57,970 nt of DNA. It comes from Octopus bimaculoides (Eukaryota). Each line of letters starts with the position of its first letter. Positions within the stretch are counted from its first letter, which is position 1. The notes below the pieces were generated by a model. It was given only the letters and a program-made list of their open reading frames with translations, had not been told where the DNA came from and searched no databases. Where the stretch lies: positions 52,642,154 through 52,700,123 of the forward strand of contig NC_068996.1 in the NCBI RefSeq assembly GCF_001194135.2. The letters are read 5' to 3'. This document shows, piece by piece, positions 23,047 to 35,559 of this stretch. A program made the position numbers and the translations under genes.

Positions 23047-25345
23047 TCATCCTGGGAGCTCCTCTGTGCCGATGACCTTGTTCTTATAGCTGAATCACTG
23101 CCAGAACTTGAGAAGAAATTTCAGGTGTGGAAGCAAGATCTAAAATTGAAGGGTCTTGGAGTTGATCTAGCAAAAACCAAAGTCTTAGTAAGTAGGAAGG
23201 CAGACAAATCACAAATCCCTTCAGGGAGATGGCCCTGCTCGATTTGTAGACAAGGCGTAGGTAGAAATTCCATAAGATGTACCCAGTGTAAGCTATGGAC
23301 ACATAAGAGGTGCAGCAATATCAAAGGGAGCTAACTGGAAAGATAGTTTTTGTGTGTGGAAGGAGCACAGGCACAATAAACACTAAAAACATACAGAAAA
23401 TAGACTCCATGAAATGTCAGTGGGGAAAACTAGAAGTAGTTGGTAGCTTCCATTTCCTAGGTGACGAAGTCAGTAGCAGAGGTGGAAGCTCCAAGAACGT
23501 AGTTGTGAAAATTAGAATAGGCTGGGTAAAGTTCAGAAAGCTCCTACCTCTGTTGACAGCAAAGGGTCTCTCCATCAGAGTGAAGGGCAGACTGCATGCA
23601 CGATGCCTGTGTGTGAACAGCTATGCTACACAGCAGTGAAACATGGACTGTGACCATTGAGGACATGCATAGACTTGAAAGAAATGAAGCTAGTATGCTT
23701 CATTGGATGTGCAACGTCTGTACATGTGCAACAGAGTGTAAGCATCTTGAAAGAAAAGTTGGGTATAAGAGGCATCAGGTGTGGTGTGCAAGAGAGACAT
23801 GATGTGTATGGATGAGGATAGCTGTGTGAAGAAGTGTCAATCTCTAACTGTGGAGGAACCTAAAGACATGGGACGAGATGGTGAAGCATGATCTTTGAAT
23901 GTTGGGCCTCACAGAGGTAATGACAAGTGACCAAGACCTATGGCAATATGCTGTGCTTGAGAAGACCTGTCAAGCCAAATGAAATCATAGTTGTGACCGA
24001 TGCTGGTATCACTTAATTAGCACCCATGCTGGTGGCATGTAAAAAGCACCTTTCAAGCACTGGGCCTCATGGAGGCAATAACAAATGCCTNNNNNNNNNN
24101 NNNNNNNNNNNNNNNNNNNNNNNNNNNNNNNNNNNNNNNNNNNNNNNNNNNNNNNNNNNNNNNNNNNNNNNNNNNNNNNNNNNNNNNNNNNNNNNNNNNN
24201 NNNNNNNNNNNNNNNNNNNNNNNNNNNNNNNNNNNNNNNNNNNNNNNNNNNNNNNNNNNNNNNNNNNNNNNNNNNNNNNNNNNNNNNNNNNNNNNNNNNN
24301 NNNNNNNNNNNNNNNNNNNNNNNNNNNNNNNNNNNNNNNNNNNNNNNNNNNNNNNNNNNNNNNNNNNNNNNNNNNNNNNNNNNNNNNNNNNNNNNNNNNN
24401 NNNNNNNNNNNNNNNNNNNNNNNNNNNNNNNNNNNNNNNNNNNNNNNNNNNNNNNNNNNNNNNNNNNNNNNNNNNNNNNNNNNNNNNNNNNNNNNNNNNN
24501 NNNNNNNNNNNNNNNNNNNNNNNNNNNNNNNNNNNNNNNNNNNNNNNNNNNNNNNNNNNNNNNNNNNNNNNNNNNNNNNNNNNNNNNNNNNNNNNNNNNN
24601 NNNNNNNNNNNNNNNNNNNNNNNNNNNNNNNNNNNNNNNNNNNNNNNNNNNNNNNNNNNNNNNNNNNNNNNNNNNNNNNNNNNNNNNNNNNNNNNNNNNN
24701 NNNNNNNNNNNNNNNNNNNNNNNNNNNNNNNNNNNNNNNNNNNNNNNNNNNNNNNNNNNNNNNNNNNNNNNNNNNNNNNNNNNNNNNNNNNNNNNNNNNN
24801 NNNNNNNNNNNNNNNNNNNNNNNNNNNNNNNNNNNNNNNNNNNNNNNNNNNNNNNNNNNNNNNNNNNNNNNNAAAGACATGGGACGAGATGGTGAAGCAT
24901 GATCTTTGAATGTTGGGCCTCACAGAGGTAATGACAAGTGACCAAGACCTATGGCAATATGCTGTGCTTGAGAAGACCTGTCAAGCCAAATGAAATCATA
25001 GTTGTGACCGATGCTGGTATCACTTAATTAGCACCCATGCTGGTGGCATGTAAAAAGCACCTTTCAAGCACTGGGCCTCATGGAGGCAATAACAAATGCC
25101 TGAGACCTATATGCCATAACCTACAGAAGATCATCAAGTCAAGTGAAACTGTGGTTGTGGCAGATACTGATATCATGCAACTAGCACTCCTGCTGGTGGT
25201 GTGTAAACGCACCCACTACACTCTCAGAGTGGTTGGTGTTAGGAATGGCATCCAGCTGTAGAAACCATGCCAAATCAGATTGGAGCATGGTGCAGCCCCT
25301 CAACTTGCCAGCCCTGGTCAAACAGTCCAACCAATGGGCAACAGA
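23047..25345 (+). mobile_element. RTE-clade LINE, 5'-truncated, RT C-terminus to tail (spans an N gap)
   Basis: WELLCADDLVLIAESL...WPCSIC...CTQCKLWTHKRCS; RIGWVKFRKLLPLL; UTR and tail. Confidence 0.9.
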
Positions 25346-25733
25346 TGTTAAATTGCTGTGGTGAGAGTCATTAACATTCATTGCAGATTGGAGAATGGAC
25401 TAACTGAACTCTTATAATGAGTAGAGGTCAGTGGTAGTCAGAGAGAGCCTTTTGGTGGTAAGGTGAGGTCTTAAAAAAAAGATATTGGTGTGGGGGTTAA
25501 ATTTTACACAATATCAGTCTTTTCACACAGTGCCAGCCTGGAATTTGAAAGTTGGAATTTTTATCTCTTTCTTATATCGTCACTTTTATATCCTGACGAC
25601 TCTTTGCCCGATGTCGTAACATAATTGTTACCCAACTCTTAGGTAGTATTGTTTGTTTTTTGCACACAGCACTCTTTTTCGTTGTACTAAGCACTCTTGT
25701 TTTTTGCTGTGTATGTGTGTGGGTGTGTTTAAA

Positions 25734-25799
<66 letters not shown>

Positions 25800-25984
25800 C
25801 GCACATACATATGCATGCATGCATACATACACACACCCAATGTTGTTCTGGGTTAGAGTTTCTGGATTTTTATATTTGTGAGAAATAGGGAAAGTAAAAC
25901 TATAAATACAGTCATTTCCCTACATACATACATACATACATACACACATACACACATACACACATTCATACATACATACATACA

Positions 25985-26018
<34 letters not shown>

Positions 26019-26198
26019 CATACATATGCACATATATAGATACATGTATGTATGCATACATAGATACTTACATACATACATACATACAGGCATACATACA
26101 TATATGCATACATACATACATATATACATATATACATACGTACATACATACATGCGTACATACATGTGTACATGCATACATACATACATACATGCATG

Positions 26199-26230
<32 letters not shown>

Positions 26231-26811
26231 CATACATACATACATACATACATACATACTTAATGAGAGCAATTGCATATTACCATGGGAGAGTTATCAT
26301 TCAATATGAGATAAATAGCTCCTCCAACACTGGTGCCATAAATTTTGACCTTGTTAAAAACTGGTTATCATTCAGTTGCCCAACAGGTATTAACAATATA
26401 AAAGGAGTGCAAGAAAAAGCAAACAAACAAAAAATCTTTGCTAAACTGTTAAGATATCTTCAATTATTCCATTTAGATTATAACTCAAGTTTCTTACCAA
26501 CTGGAGCATCTGGTTACATGACTTAACACCAGTCTTGGTATGCTGGGTTTCACAGATCAAAAAAAAAGAAGAAAAATGTTTAACGTGCATGATCAAGAGA
26601 ATATGGCCATAAGCTAACAAAGACACTGTCAAAATATGCGATACATTCAAAAAGTTTAGCATGTAATAGGATTTGTATAAGCAATGTTGTCAATGCCTGC
26701 ACACAAGTTTCCATGCATATATATAAATATGTAAAAGCATATATGTATTCATGCATGCATACAAACATGCATACATACATACATACATACATACATATAG
26801 ATATATATTTA

Positions 26812-26854
<43 letters not shown>

Positions 26855-27802
26855 NNNNNNNNNNNNNNNNNNNNNNNNNNNNNNNNNNNNNNNNNNNNNN
26901 NNNNNNNNNNNNNNNNNNNNNNNNNNNNNNNNNNNNNNNNNNNNNNNNNNNNNNNNNNNNNNNNNNNNNNNNNNNNNNNNNNNNNNNNNNNNNNNNNNNN
27001 NNNNNNNNNNNNNNNNNNNNNNNNNNNNNNNNNNNNNNNNNNNNNNNNNNNNNNNNNNNNNNNNNNNNNNNNNNNNNNNNNNNNNNNNNNNNNNNNNNNN
27101 NNNNNNNNNNNNNNNNNNNNNNNNNNNNNNNNNNNNNNNNNNNNNNNNNNNNNNNNNNNNNNNNNNNNNNNNNNNNNNNNNNNNNNNNNNNNNNNNNNNN
27201 NNNNNNNNNNNNNNNNNNNNNNNNNNNNNNNNNNNNNNNNNNNNNNNNNNNNNNNNNNNNNNNNNNNNNNNNNNNNNNNNNNNNNNNNNNNNNNNNNNNN
27301 NNNNNNNNNNNNNNNNNNNNNNNNNNNNNNNNNNNNNNNNNNNNNNNNNNNNNNNNNNNNNNNNNNNNNNNNNNNNNNNNNNNNNNNNNNNNNNNNNNNN
27401 NNNNNNNNNNNNNNNNNNNNNNNNNNNNNNNNNNNNNNNNNNNNNNNNNNNNNNNNNNNNNNNNNNNNNNNNNNNNNNNNNNNNNNNNNNNNNNNNNNNN
27501 NNNNNNNNNNNNNNNNNNNNNNNNNNNNNNNNNNNNNNNNNNNNNNNNNNNNNNNNNNNNNNNNNNNNNNNNNNNNNNNNNNNNNNNNNNNNNNNNNNNN
27601 NNNNNNNNNNNNNNNNNNNNNNNNNNNNNNNNNNNNNNNNNNNNNNNNNNNNNNNNNNNNNNNNNNNNNNNNNNNNNNNNNNNNNNNNNNNNNNNNNNNN
27701 NNNNNNNNNNNNNNNNNNNNNNNNNNNNNNNNNNNNNNNNNNNNNNNNNNNNNNNNNNNNNNNNNNNNNNNNNNNNNNNNNNNNNNNNNNNNNNNNNNNN
27801 NN

Positions 27803-27834
<32 letters not shown>

Positions 27835-28270
27835 CTCATACATACATGCACGTACTTGATTACTGTTCATATTTCAATGAAAGAGTTGTTTCTAGGTTAG
27901 AAAGCAGTTCTTTTTCCATTGAGACATTTGAAAAATGGGTAAATAAATAAATAAACTAGGAACAAACAAGCAGGCATACATGCAAGCAAGCTTTCAAACA
28001 TATTCTATGAAGTAAGAGCATAACAGATCAGACATGCATGTTTTCTCTTTCCCAGATCAGATCTGACACAAAGGAAAGTAATTGAAATCAGTTGTGCAGC
28101 AGATATTAACATAATGTTAAAAAAGTTAGTGTAAAAAGAGAAATGACAAGAAATCTGTGGTTACTTCATCTGAATTTTAAATTTAGATTTCCACTAGCTG
28201 CCAAAGTACCGATCTTGAGAAATTGGGATTCACAAAACCAAAGAGAACATGGCTAATTGAGAAATATATA

Positions 28271-28686
28271 GGCACAGGAGTGGCTGTGTGGTAAGTAGCT
28301 TGCTTACCAACCACATGGTTCCGGGTTCAGTCCCACTGAGTAGCACCTTGGGCAAGTGTCTTCTACTATAGCCTCGGGCTGACCAAAGCCTTGTGAGTGG
28401 ATTTGGTAGACGGAAACTGAAAAGAAGCCCGTCATATATATGTACATATGTATATATATATATATGTATGTGTGTTTGCGTGTCTGTGTTTGTCCCCCCA
28501 CCATCGCTTGACAACCGATGCTGGTGTGTTTATGTCCCCGTAACTTAGCGGTTCGGCAAAAAGAGACCGATAGAATAAGTACTAGGCTTACAAAGAATAA
28601 GTCCTGGAGTCAATTTTCTCGACTAAAGGTGGTGCTCCAGCATGGCTGCAGTCAAATGACTGAAACAAGTAAAAGAGTAAAAGAGT
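28271..28686 (+). mobile_element. Full-length tRNA-derived SINE with internal (TA)n(TG)n tract
   Basis: A-box-like TGGCTGTGTGG, B-box-like GGGTTCAGTCCC, 3' (GTAAAAGA) repeats. Other copies at 49975-50366, 11283 and 56470-57310. Confidence 0.85.
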
Positions 28687-29000
28687 ATATAATCAAAGAA
28701 ACTGTCAAAATAGGTAAAATATTCAAGAAAGTTAGCATGTTGAGAGTACATATTTGCACATGTAGACATGCAAATACACACATGTACACCTAAATTAAAA
28801 GATACTGCTTGACATATGTAATGACATTTACACCTGGTCCCATGTATGCATACGCAATATCATTCATCATCATTATTTATGTTGTGGTGAGAGTCATTGA
28901 CACCCCTGGTAGATTGGAGAACAGACTAGCCGAGCTCGTATAATGAGTAGAGGTCGCTAGTAGTTAGAGAAAGCATTTTGGTATTAAGCTCAAGTTACTC

Positions 29001-29160
29001 TTGGGTGCTACTGGTAACATGTAACCCAGTACAACCCTTCGCACAAAGTCAGACCAATCTTAGGCACTACTGGTAAGGTGTAAGCCAGTACAACCTGTCA
29101 CACTGGTCAGGTCGCTTTTTGAGTGCTACTGTTAACATGTACACAGTACATCCTGTTGCA
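29001..29160 (+). repeat. Three diverged 59-bp tandem units
   Basis: Units start at 29001, 29060 and 29119, each with TACTGG...CCAGTAC(A). Confidence 0.75.
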
Positions 29161-30924
29161 TGCATGGGGACATTGAGAAATTGGTGAAGCTAGTAGCAGT
29201 TGCATGCTTGGCAGCGAAAGTACTATCAGTAAAATACCTATCGTGTCCTGTGAAAAGACAGCAAGTTGGCAGAAGTTGTTGAAGAGTTTTGCTAGAGGCT
29301 GGTAAGAGTTGGTGTGTCAGTTGCGCATTGGACTCACATTGAACACGTAATGGTAGTTGTTCAAATTATTGTGTGCTGGTCCCATTGCTAGAATGTGGTA
29401 AGGGTTCGATATATCAGATACAGCCATGTAGTATTAACCAGCTAGAGGAGATGTTTTCTCGGGGTTAAAAATCAGAGGACCAACTCAAAGCGATACTAAA
29501 AGTCACTGGAAATGATTGCAAATCGTTTGAAACACAAGCCTGAGACTGTACCAAGTTGTGGTGTTCCATCATCATTGGAACCAAAAATTTGAAGCTACCA
29601 GAAGAAGAAAGGAAGAAATCAAATGACAGGAGAGAAAGACTCAACAAAATCAACCTGGTCCTTTACCAACATTATCATGCAGTCAATACCTTCATTGACT
29701 CTTCTTTGCAAGAATTGGTCTCCAGAGTCATCAATAGCATCACCATAAAGGAAGTGTTCAGCAAAGAAGAAAATCAATACTCAGAGATAAAGCAACTGCC
29801 AATTTATATATACAGCAACCCCTCAGCTATCACAGGTGTTACTTTCCAAAACCCCCCACGACAGGTGAAAATCTACAAAGCAGAAATAGTACTATACTGT
29901 ATCTCTTTAAAAATTATTTTTATAATTTGTATATATTTATTTTATTATAAATGCAAAACAACACCACAGAGGAATCGACGTAAACTTAAATAATAAACCG
30001 CGATGGGTGAACCATGGTAGGTAAACCGCAATAAGATCTGGCATTTCAACCTTATTGTGCCATAATCTACATAACAATTATTGCATAACATACCAATATT
30101 CACTAGAAATACATGTAAGATTTTGTAATTCATGATATTGTCATGATGTTGTCATATGTGCTAAAAATAGCAGCCAAATAGGCCTTAAATCAAAAGAACA
30201 TGTTATGAGTACAAGAAAACATGGTAGGAATATGTGTAAGTGAGGAAAGACACATGGTTTGAAGGTGGTACCCTTCCTCTTAGGACTGTAGTACTTTTCC
30301 TTTTCTAACGGTCTAAGGAATTGACTTCAGTCCAGTTTTGTGTTGAAGAACTGGGGATGAGCCATTGCACAGCTGTTGATTATAACAGCTATGTTATGGA
30401 AATATGTGTGGAGGACTTGCGGTTATCCAGTTAAGGTTGATGATCCTGGGAAGATTGAGATATTTGTGTTTAAAAATATTTGTGTTTAAAAGTATTTAAT
30501 TTATGTACTATTTTGCTTTTGGATAAATCTTTGAAGTTTGTATTATGAGTTTCTTATTTTGAGAAATATTTAATTTGAAATGTGCTGTTTATTGCATTAA
30601 ATGCATATTGAATGCTTAAAACTATAAAATACATTGTTTACTCGTTTTTTGTCATTGAGGTGGTTGTGAGGTGTGCTAAAAATAACAGTTAAATAGGCCT
30701 TAAATGATGCACCCCACAATTTTATTTGTTTTATTTTTACATAATCATATGAAGTCCCATGTGTAGAATACATGGGACTCATTTTTCAGGAAAAAGTGAA
30801 ATAACTCCAGCAATTCAGTTTGGAAAACTACATTAATGTGCCAAATAAAAAAAATTTCAATGAACTTTAATTTTTGAAGTGCTGGCAGCCAAGCAGAAAA
30901 AAATCACCAAGTCTCTTATTAATG

Positions 30925-30983
<59 letters not shown>

Positions 30984-32289
30984 CCCCCCTCTCTCTCTTT
31001 TCCTTTTTTTTAATGATTTCTGCCTCACTGGACTTGTTGACCTTACATCTCCATTCAAATCATTTCACTGACTATACCATCAGCAAAACGTTTTGAATGG
31101 AGATGAAAGGTCCATTGTGATTCTCAACTTTATCATTGCACTGGGTGGGCATTTAAATACAGTTGGCGCAGTCAATCGATTTATGTTTGGCTATATCCAG
31201 ATGTAACGATCAACAAAAAGCCAAAGAGTGTGATACCTGTGGTAGAAACTGGGAAACAGCACAAACGAAGTGGGTGGTAGGGGGATTTAACTTGTTCTGG
31301 AATTGGTGCTATTTTTGTTGAAACTCAAAATCTCTCCTAAGAAAACTTTCTATTTTTTGTAGACAACTTTATCATTTAAACTTTGTCAAAGCTTATTTAA
31401 AAGAAAAAGGCAAGCACATTCCTTTTCTTTCACATATTCAAGTAACTTTGACAATGCAACGCAAATAGCTCTTTCGATCATTATATATCCTTAAAGATTT
31501 AGACAAACTTCTGTATTTACAATGAGCTTTTAAATACCAATCTTATAACTAAATTTTTTTCATAAATTATGCTTCTCTGGAGCTTCAGTTTCACTGCTTC
31601 CCTAACAGACACTCATTTAGATTCTTATTTGTTAAATATCAACATCTTTAATGATCTGACTCTCATGACAATACATTATTTAAACAATTGTTCTTTGTTG
31701 AAATTCTAAGAAAGACGATCAAATAAACAGATTGCATAGTTTTTATCTAAAACATTGGATATTAATTTCTGAAGCATTTCAAACAAGTTAACTCATGTCA
31801 AGTGTTGAAAATATAATTTTATCATGATTAATTTTGCATTAATGTTTCTATAGCAATAAAAATGTGACGACCATTTTTAATTATAATAAATATATATTTT
31901 ACCATGCAATTTCACAATTTGAAAAGCAACATTAGTGCACAACTGAACCAAATCCCTACCATTCAGCATAGCTATTATAGTACCAATCCAGAAACTTTTA
32001 AAACTCTATTGAAAGCATAAATACCTCCATAATACAAATACTTAAAATGTATGTATGTATGTATGTATACTTGTGTGTATATATGTATGTGTTTATGTAT
32101 ACATGAATGTGTGTATGAATGTATGTGTGTGTGTATGTGTGTGTGTGTGTGAGCCTTTGAGTCTGTATTTACATTTCCATAACATAGTGGTTTGGCAAAG
32201 GAGACCAATGCAAAAAGTATCAGGCTTAAAAGAAATGAGTATCAGAAGAAACAAAAAAAGAGATTACCAGAATGATTGTCATCCTAACA

Positions 32290-32590
32290 CTAAATAGTCG
32301 AATCTATGGTTGCAGCAATACCCCAAACAATATTTTATGGGATTTAAATCTGGCAAATTTCGAGATCAAAAGTTTGGTGTTACACGACCACAAAGATTGT
32401 CTGAAGTCCATTCTTGGGTAATGTGAACTTTATGAGAAAGTGCTGAGTTTTGTTGAAACATGTATGGTTTTCCACAGTATACTTCATCCAGTACTTCACC
32501 ATTTCCAGCAGCATTAATTCTAAGACCCTGTGGAAAGATGAGAATTGGCATGATATGGCCTTCATCACTCACCATTCCTAAAGTCAACAC
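32290..32590 (-). mobile_element. Decayed Tc1/mariner transposase (maT/DD37D-like)
   Basis: LGMVSDEGHIMP...FPQGLRINA...YMFQQNSALSHK...TQEW followed by NLPDLNPIKY. Confidence 0.7.
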
Positions 32591-34817
32591 AGTTGCTGTG
32601 TGTGTGTGTGTACGTACATGTGATGGGATCCGGATATATATTCAAATTTACCTTACACAGGAATAAACATATATAAGACTTCATACACTTCTAACGCAAG
32701 AGCATATTGAATTCTTGTGTTTTTTGGTACCACAAAATATAGTGAAATACTCACATACAACACTTCCTCAAACACACACACATACAAACACACATGTGTG
32801 TATATATGTATGTATATATTTGGTATGCATGTATGTATGTATGTATGTATGTATGAATGGATAGATAGATTAATAGATTTGTCTAAGTGAGTGCGAGGTC
32901 TTCATTTATTTACTGTTGATATCTTTACTCAAAATAATTGGTTTAATAGAGATCAGTGTCATCAAAGTTATTATCTACAAAAATATCCGGTTACAAAATT
33001 GTATTCAATCTTCTAATTTTATTTTTGCCTTTGACATTTAGAAGTACTTCAGCTTTGGTTGTATATACAAGTCTGTAATCTGTTTGTATTCACATATTTT
33101 TGGGGCAAGAGGTCAGAGTGTATAGAATTTTGTAGATAACCTCTGAGAACTTGCTTGCTAGCAGAGATATCTATCTAAAAACAAATAAGATGTATGAAAA
33201 TTCTTTAAATGACAACTTTCTTGCATTGAAAATTTTAACATGAACACAATTAGTATGATATATATATATATAGTTAATTCCATTGCCACCAAGCATACAA
33301 GGATGTAGATCAGTTGATATACCTGTCTTTGATCCAGTTGATCCAAAAAAACCAAAGAATGGGTCCATTGATATCTCATTGTACCTCTCTAAAAATAAGC
33401 TCCTTCTCACTCTTAACTTTTATCACATTTATTTTATAAACATTAGTAAGCATATAACTATTCATGGCTTTTTATGAAGGCCTGCTTATTTTACCTATAA
33501 AATAAACAGATCATTTCACCCTATGAAGGATGAGCTATAAAACTGGGGAATTTGTTTGTGACATATTTCAGACAGTTTGTCCATTTTTAGCCCTGTGTGT
33601 TCACTAAAATCTTAAATCAGTTACACAAATATTACATCAATTATGTCTAATTTGTCTCCACATAAATTTTAAAATTTTAAATGATCATTCCACAACCAAA
33701 TGTAGTTAATTATTTTTTGTGTCAAAGAAAAATGGAAAGGATGGTCTTATCGTATGAGTGTAGATGGATCAATATAACCAGAACTTCCATAGACAGTGCC
33801 TTCATTATTCAAATTGCAAAAAGTAGATAACTGGTGCTGGTGCCACAAAAAAAGTGTCCAGTGAACACTGTAAAGTGATTGATATTAGGGAATGCATCCA
33901 GCCATAGAAAGTATGCCAAAACAGACAGTGGAAGAGAATGCAGTTATTTAACTCATCAGACGCTTGTGAAAGTGTCCTACCTGTGCCTGTATAAAACAGG
34001 CTCACTTTATTTCTCTTTGTATAAAAAACAATTCTTTTAGCATGTCTAAAAGATGTTTTACTGTGAAACACTTTCACAGTTTTCTTCAACTATGTTTGTC
34101 ATTAACATGTACCCAGGAGCTGTTGTGTTCCAGTTTTTCTTCTTAGCTTTTTTTGTATTGTGAATTCATCCTACATTTCTCAAACTGTCAGTTTGCCTAT
34201 AGAGTCTTTGGAATTTTCTCTCTGATTATTTCTATCAATGTGTTCAAGTGTTGCAATTTTTTTTGTCCAAATGTATTTGAATGTTTTTCTTTGTCTTTAC
34301 TTTTAAAAATTAATTAAACTAAATTGTTTCATCTAAAAAGAATGATAATGATATATTTGATTAGACATAAAGCTGGTGTTTGCCTAAAATTTTAAAGTGG
34401 AACTTGTTATTTCCTATCAAAAGATTTTCAATAAATAGCTGAACTCTTCAAGTTGACATCATCAAAAAGCGAACCTTTAAGGTACATATATAAGTTTGAC
34501 AGACTGACATCAGCAAAAAGCAGACCACTAAGATTTGTGAGACACATCCCATATTAGTTGATGACATCAGCATTAAACTAACCTATCAGGGATTGTTGAT
34601 TGTGAATCTACCAACCTTAATATAAAGGTAGAAAAGAGAAGAAGCAAAGAGATATAAGAAGATAAGATAAGTGATCTCAGCCAAATAACCACATCCTGTT
34701 CAGCTGTTTGTTTTGAGGGTTGGTCAATGAAATTTTTCAAAACAATCTGAACACCTAACTCTAATTAGATAAAAATGTTGCATATGACACAATTCTCCCT
34801 TTTTCTCCTGCTCTCCT

Positions 34818-34928
34818 TCTCTCTCTCTCTTTCTCTCTGTCTCTGTCTCTCTCTCTGTCTCTCTCTCTGTCTCTCTCTCTGTCTCTCTGTCTCTCTGTCT
34901 CTCTGTCTCTCTGTCTCTCTCTCTCTCA
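34818..34928. repeat. (CT)n/(CTCTGT)n compound microsatellite
   Basis: Direct reading. Confidence 0.9.
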
Positions 34929-35255
34929 CCTGTTCATATTCTCTTTGTCCTGTTCATATTCTTTTTGTCCTGTTCATATTGTCACAACTTAGTTACAGAA
35001 TCAACCAACAACTACCTTACTTTCTGAAAAGAACTTTGGTTCTTTCTCTCTGATTCTTTACGAGAACATCAAGTCATATAACCTTAATAAACATATGAAT
35101 TCAAATTATGACTTCTCTCATTCAGTTGGCTTTCTAATAATTTCATTACCATAAACCATTTGAAACTTTCAAAGAAAGTTATTTATGTTTTTCTGTTATA
35201 ATTTTTGTAATACACTAAATGAAAGTAACAAATATTGCTATTTTGTTTATTTCAG

Positions 35256-35324
35256 GCCTCCTGTGGAAACAGAGGAAGTATCAGAGGTTATTTCTTAGCA
35301 GGTCGGAATATGCACTGGATCCCG
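35256..35324 (+). CDS. SLC5A: SLC5 exon 2: ASCGNRGSIRGYFLAGRNMHWIP
   Basis: Acceptor TTTCAG before 35256, donor GTAATT at 35325, 69 nt. Family motif NRG..GYFLAGR.M.W.P. Confidence 0.95.
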
Positions 35325-35559
35325 GTAATTAAATCCCTATTTTATTTTATTGGACTAATGCTAGTATTCCATGTGATAGCAGGGTACATTGGTATGGACA
35401 CCTTTCAATTATTAAGCGTTCTCACCAACTCATTTCTTTTCAGGTACAAATGGATTTCAAGGATCTCTTCTTTTCTCATTGCCAGATGCAAAACTCCAGA
35501 GTTTCTACCATCAATGGAATTTTATAAATTTAAGTCAGATTTGTTTTGCAATATTTTGA

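Noticed and set aside
25586-25622. CUGACGA followed by ...cccgatgtcgtaac
   Set aside because: The GAAA box is absent. At most a heavily decayed relic.
28271-28345. tRNA gene at SINE heads (also 45719 and 56470)
   Set aside because: A and B boxes are present but there is no cloverleaf, and each continues into a SINE body.
31140-31310. Possible L1 endonuclease remnant (GGATTTAAC, GDFN-like)
   Set aside because: Too short and degenerate to support.
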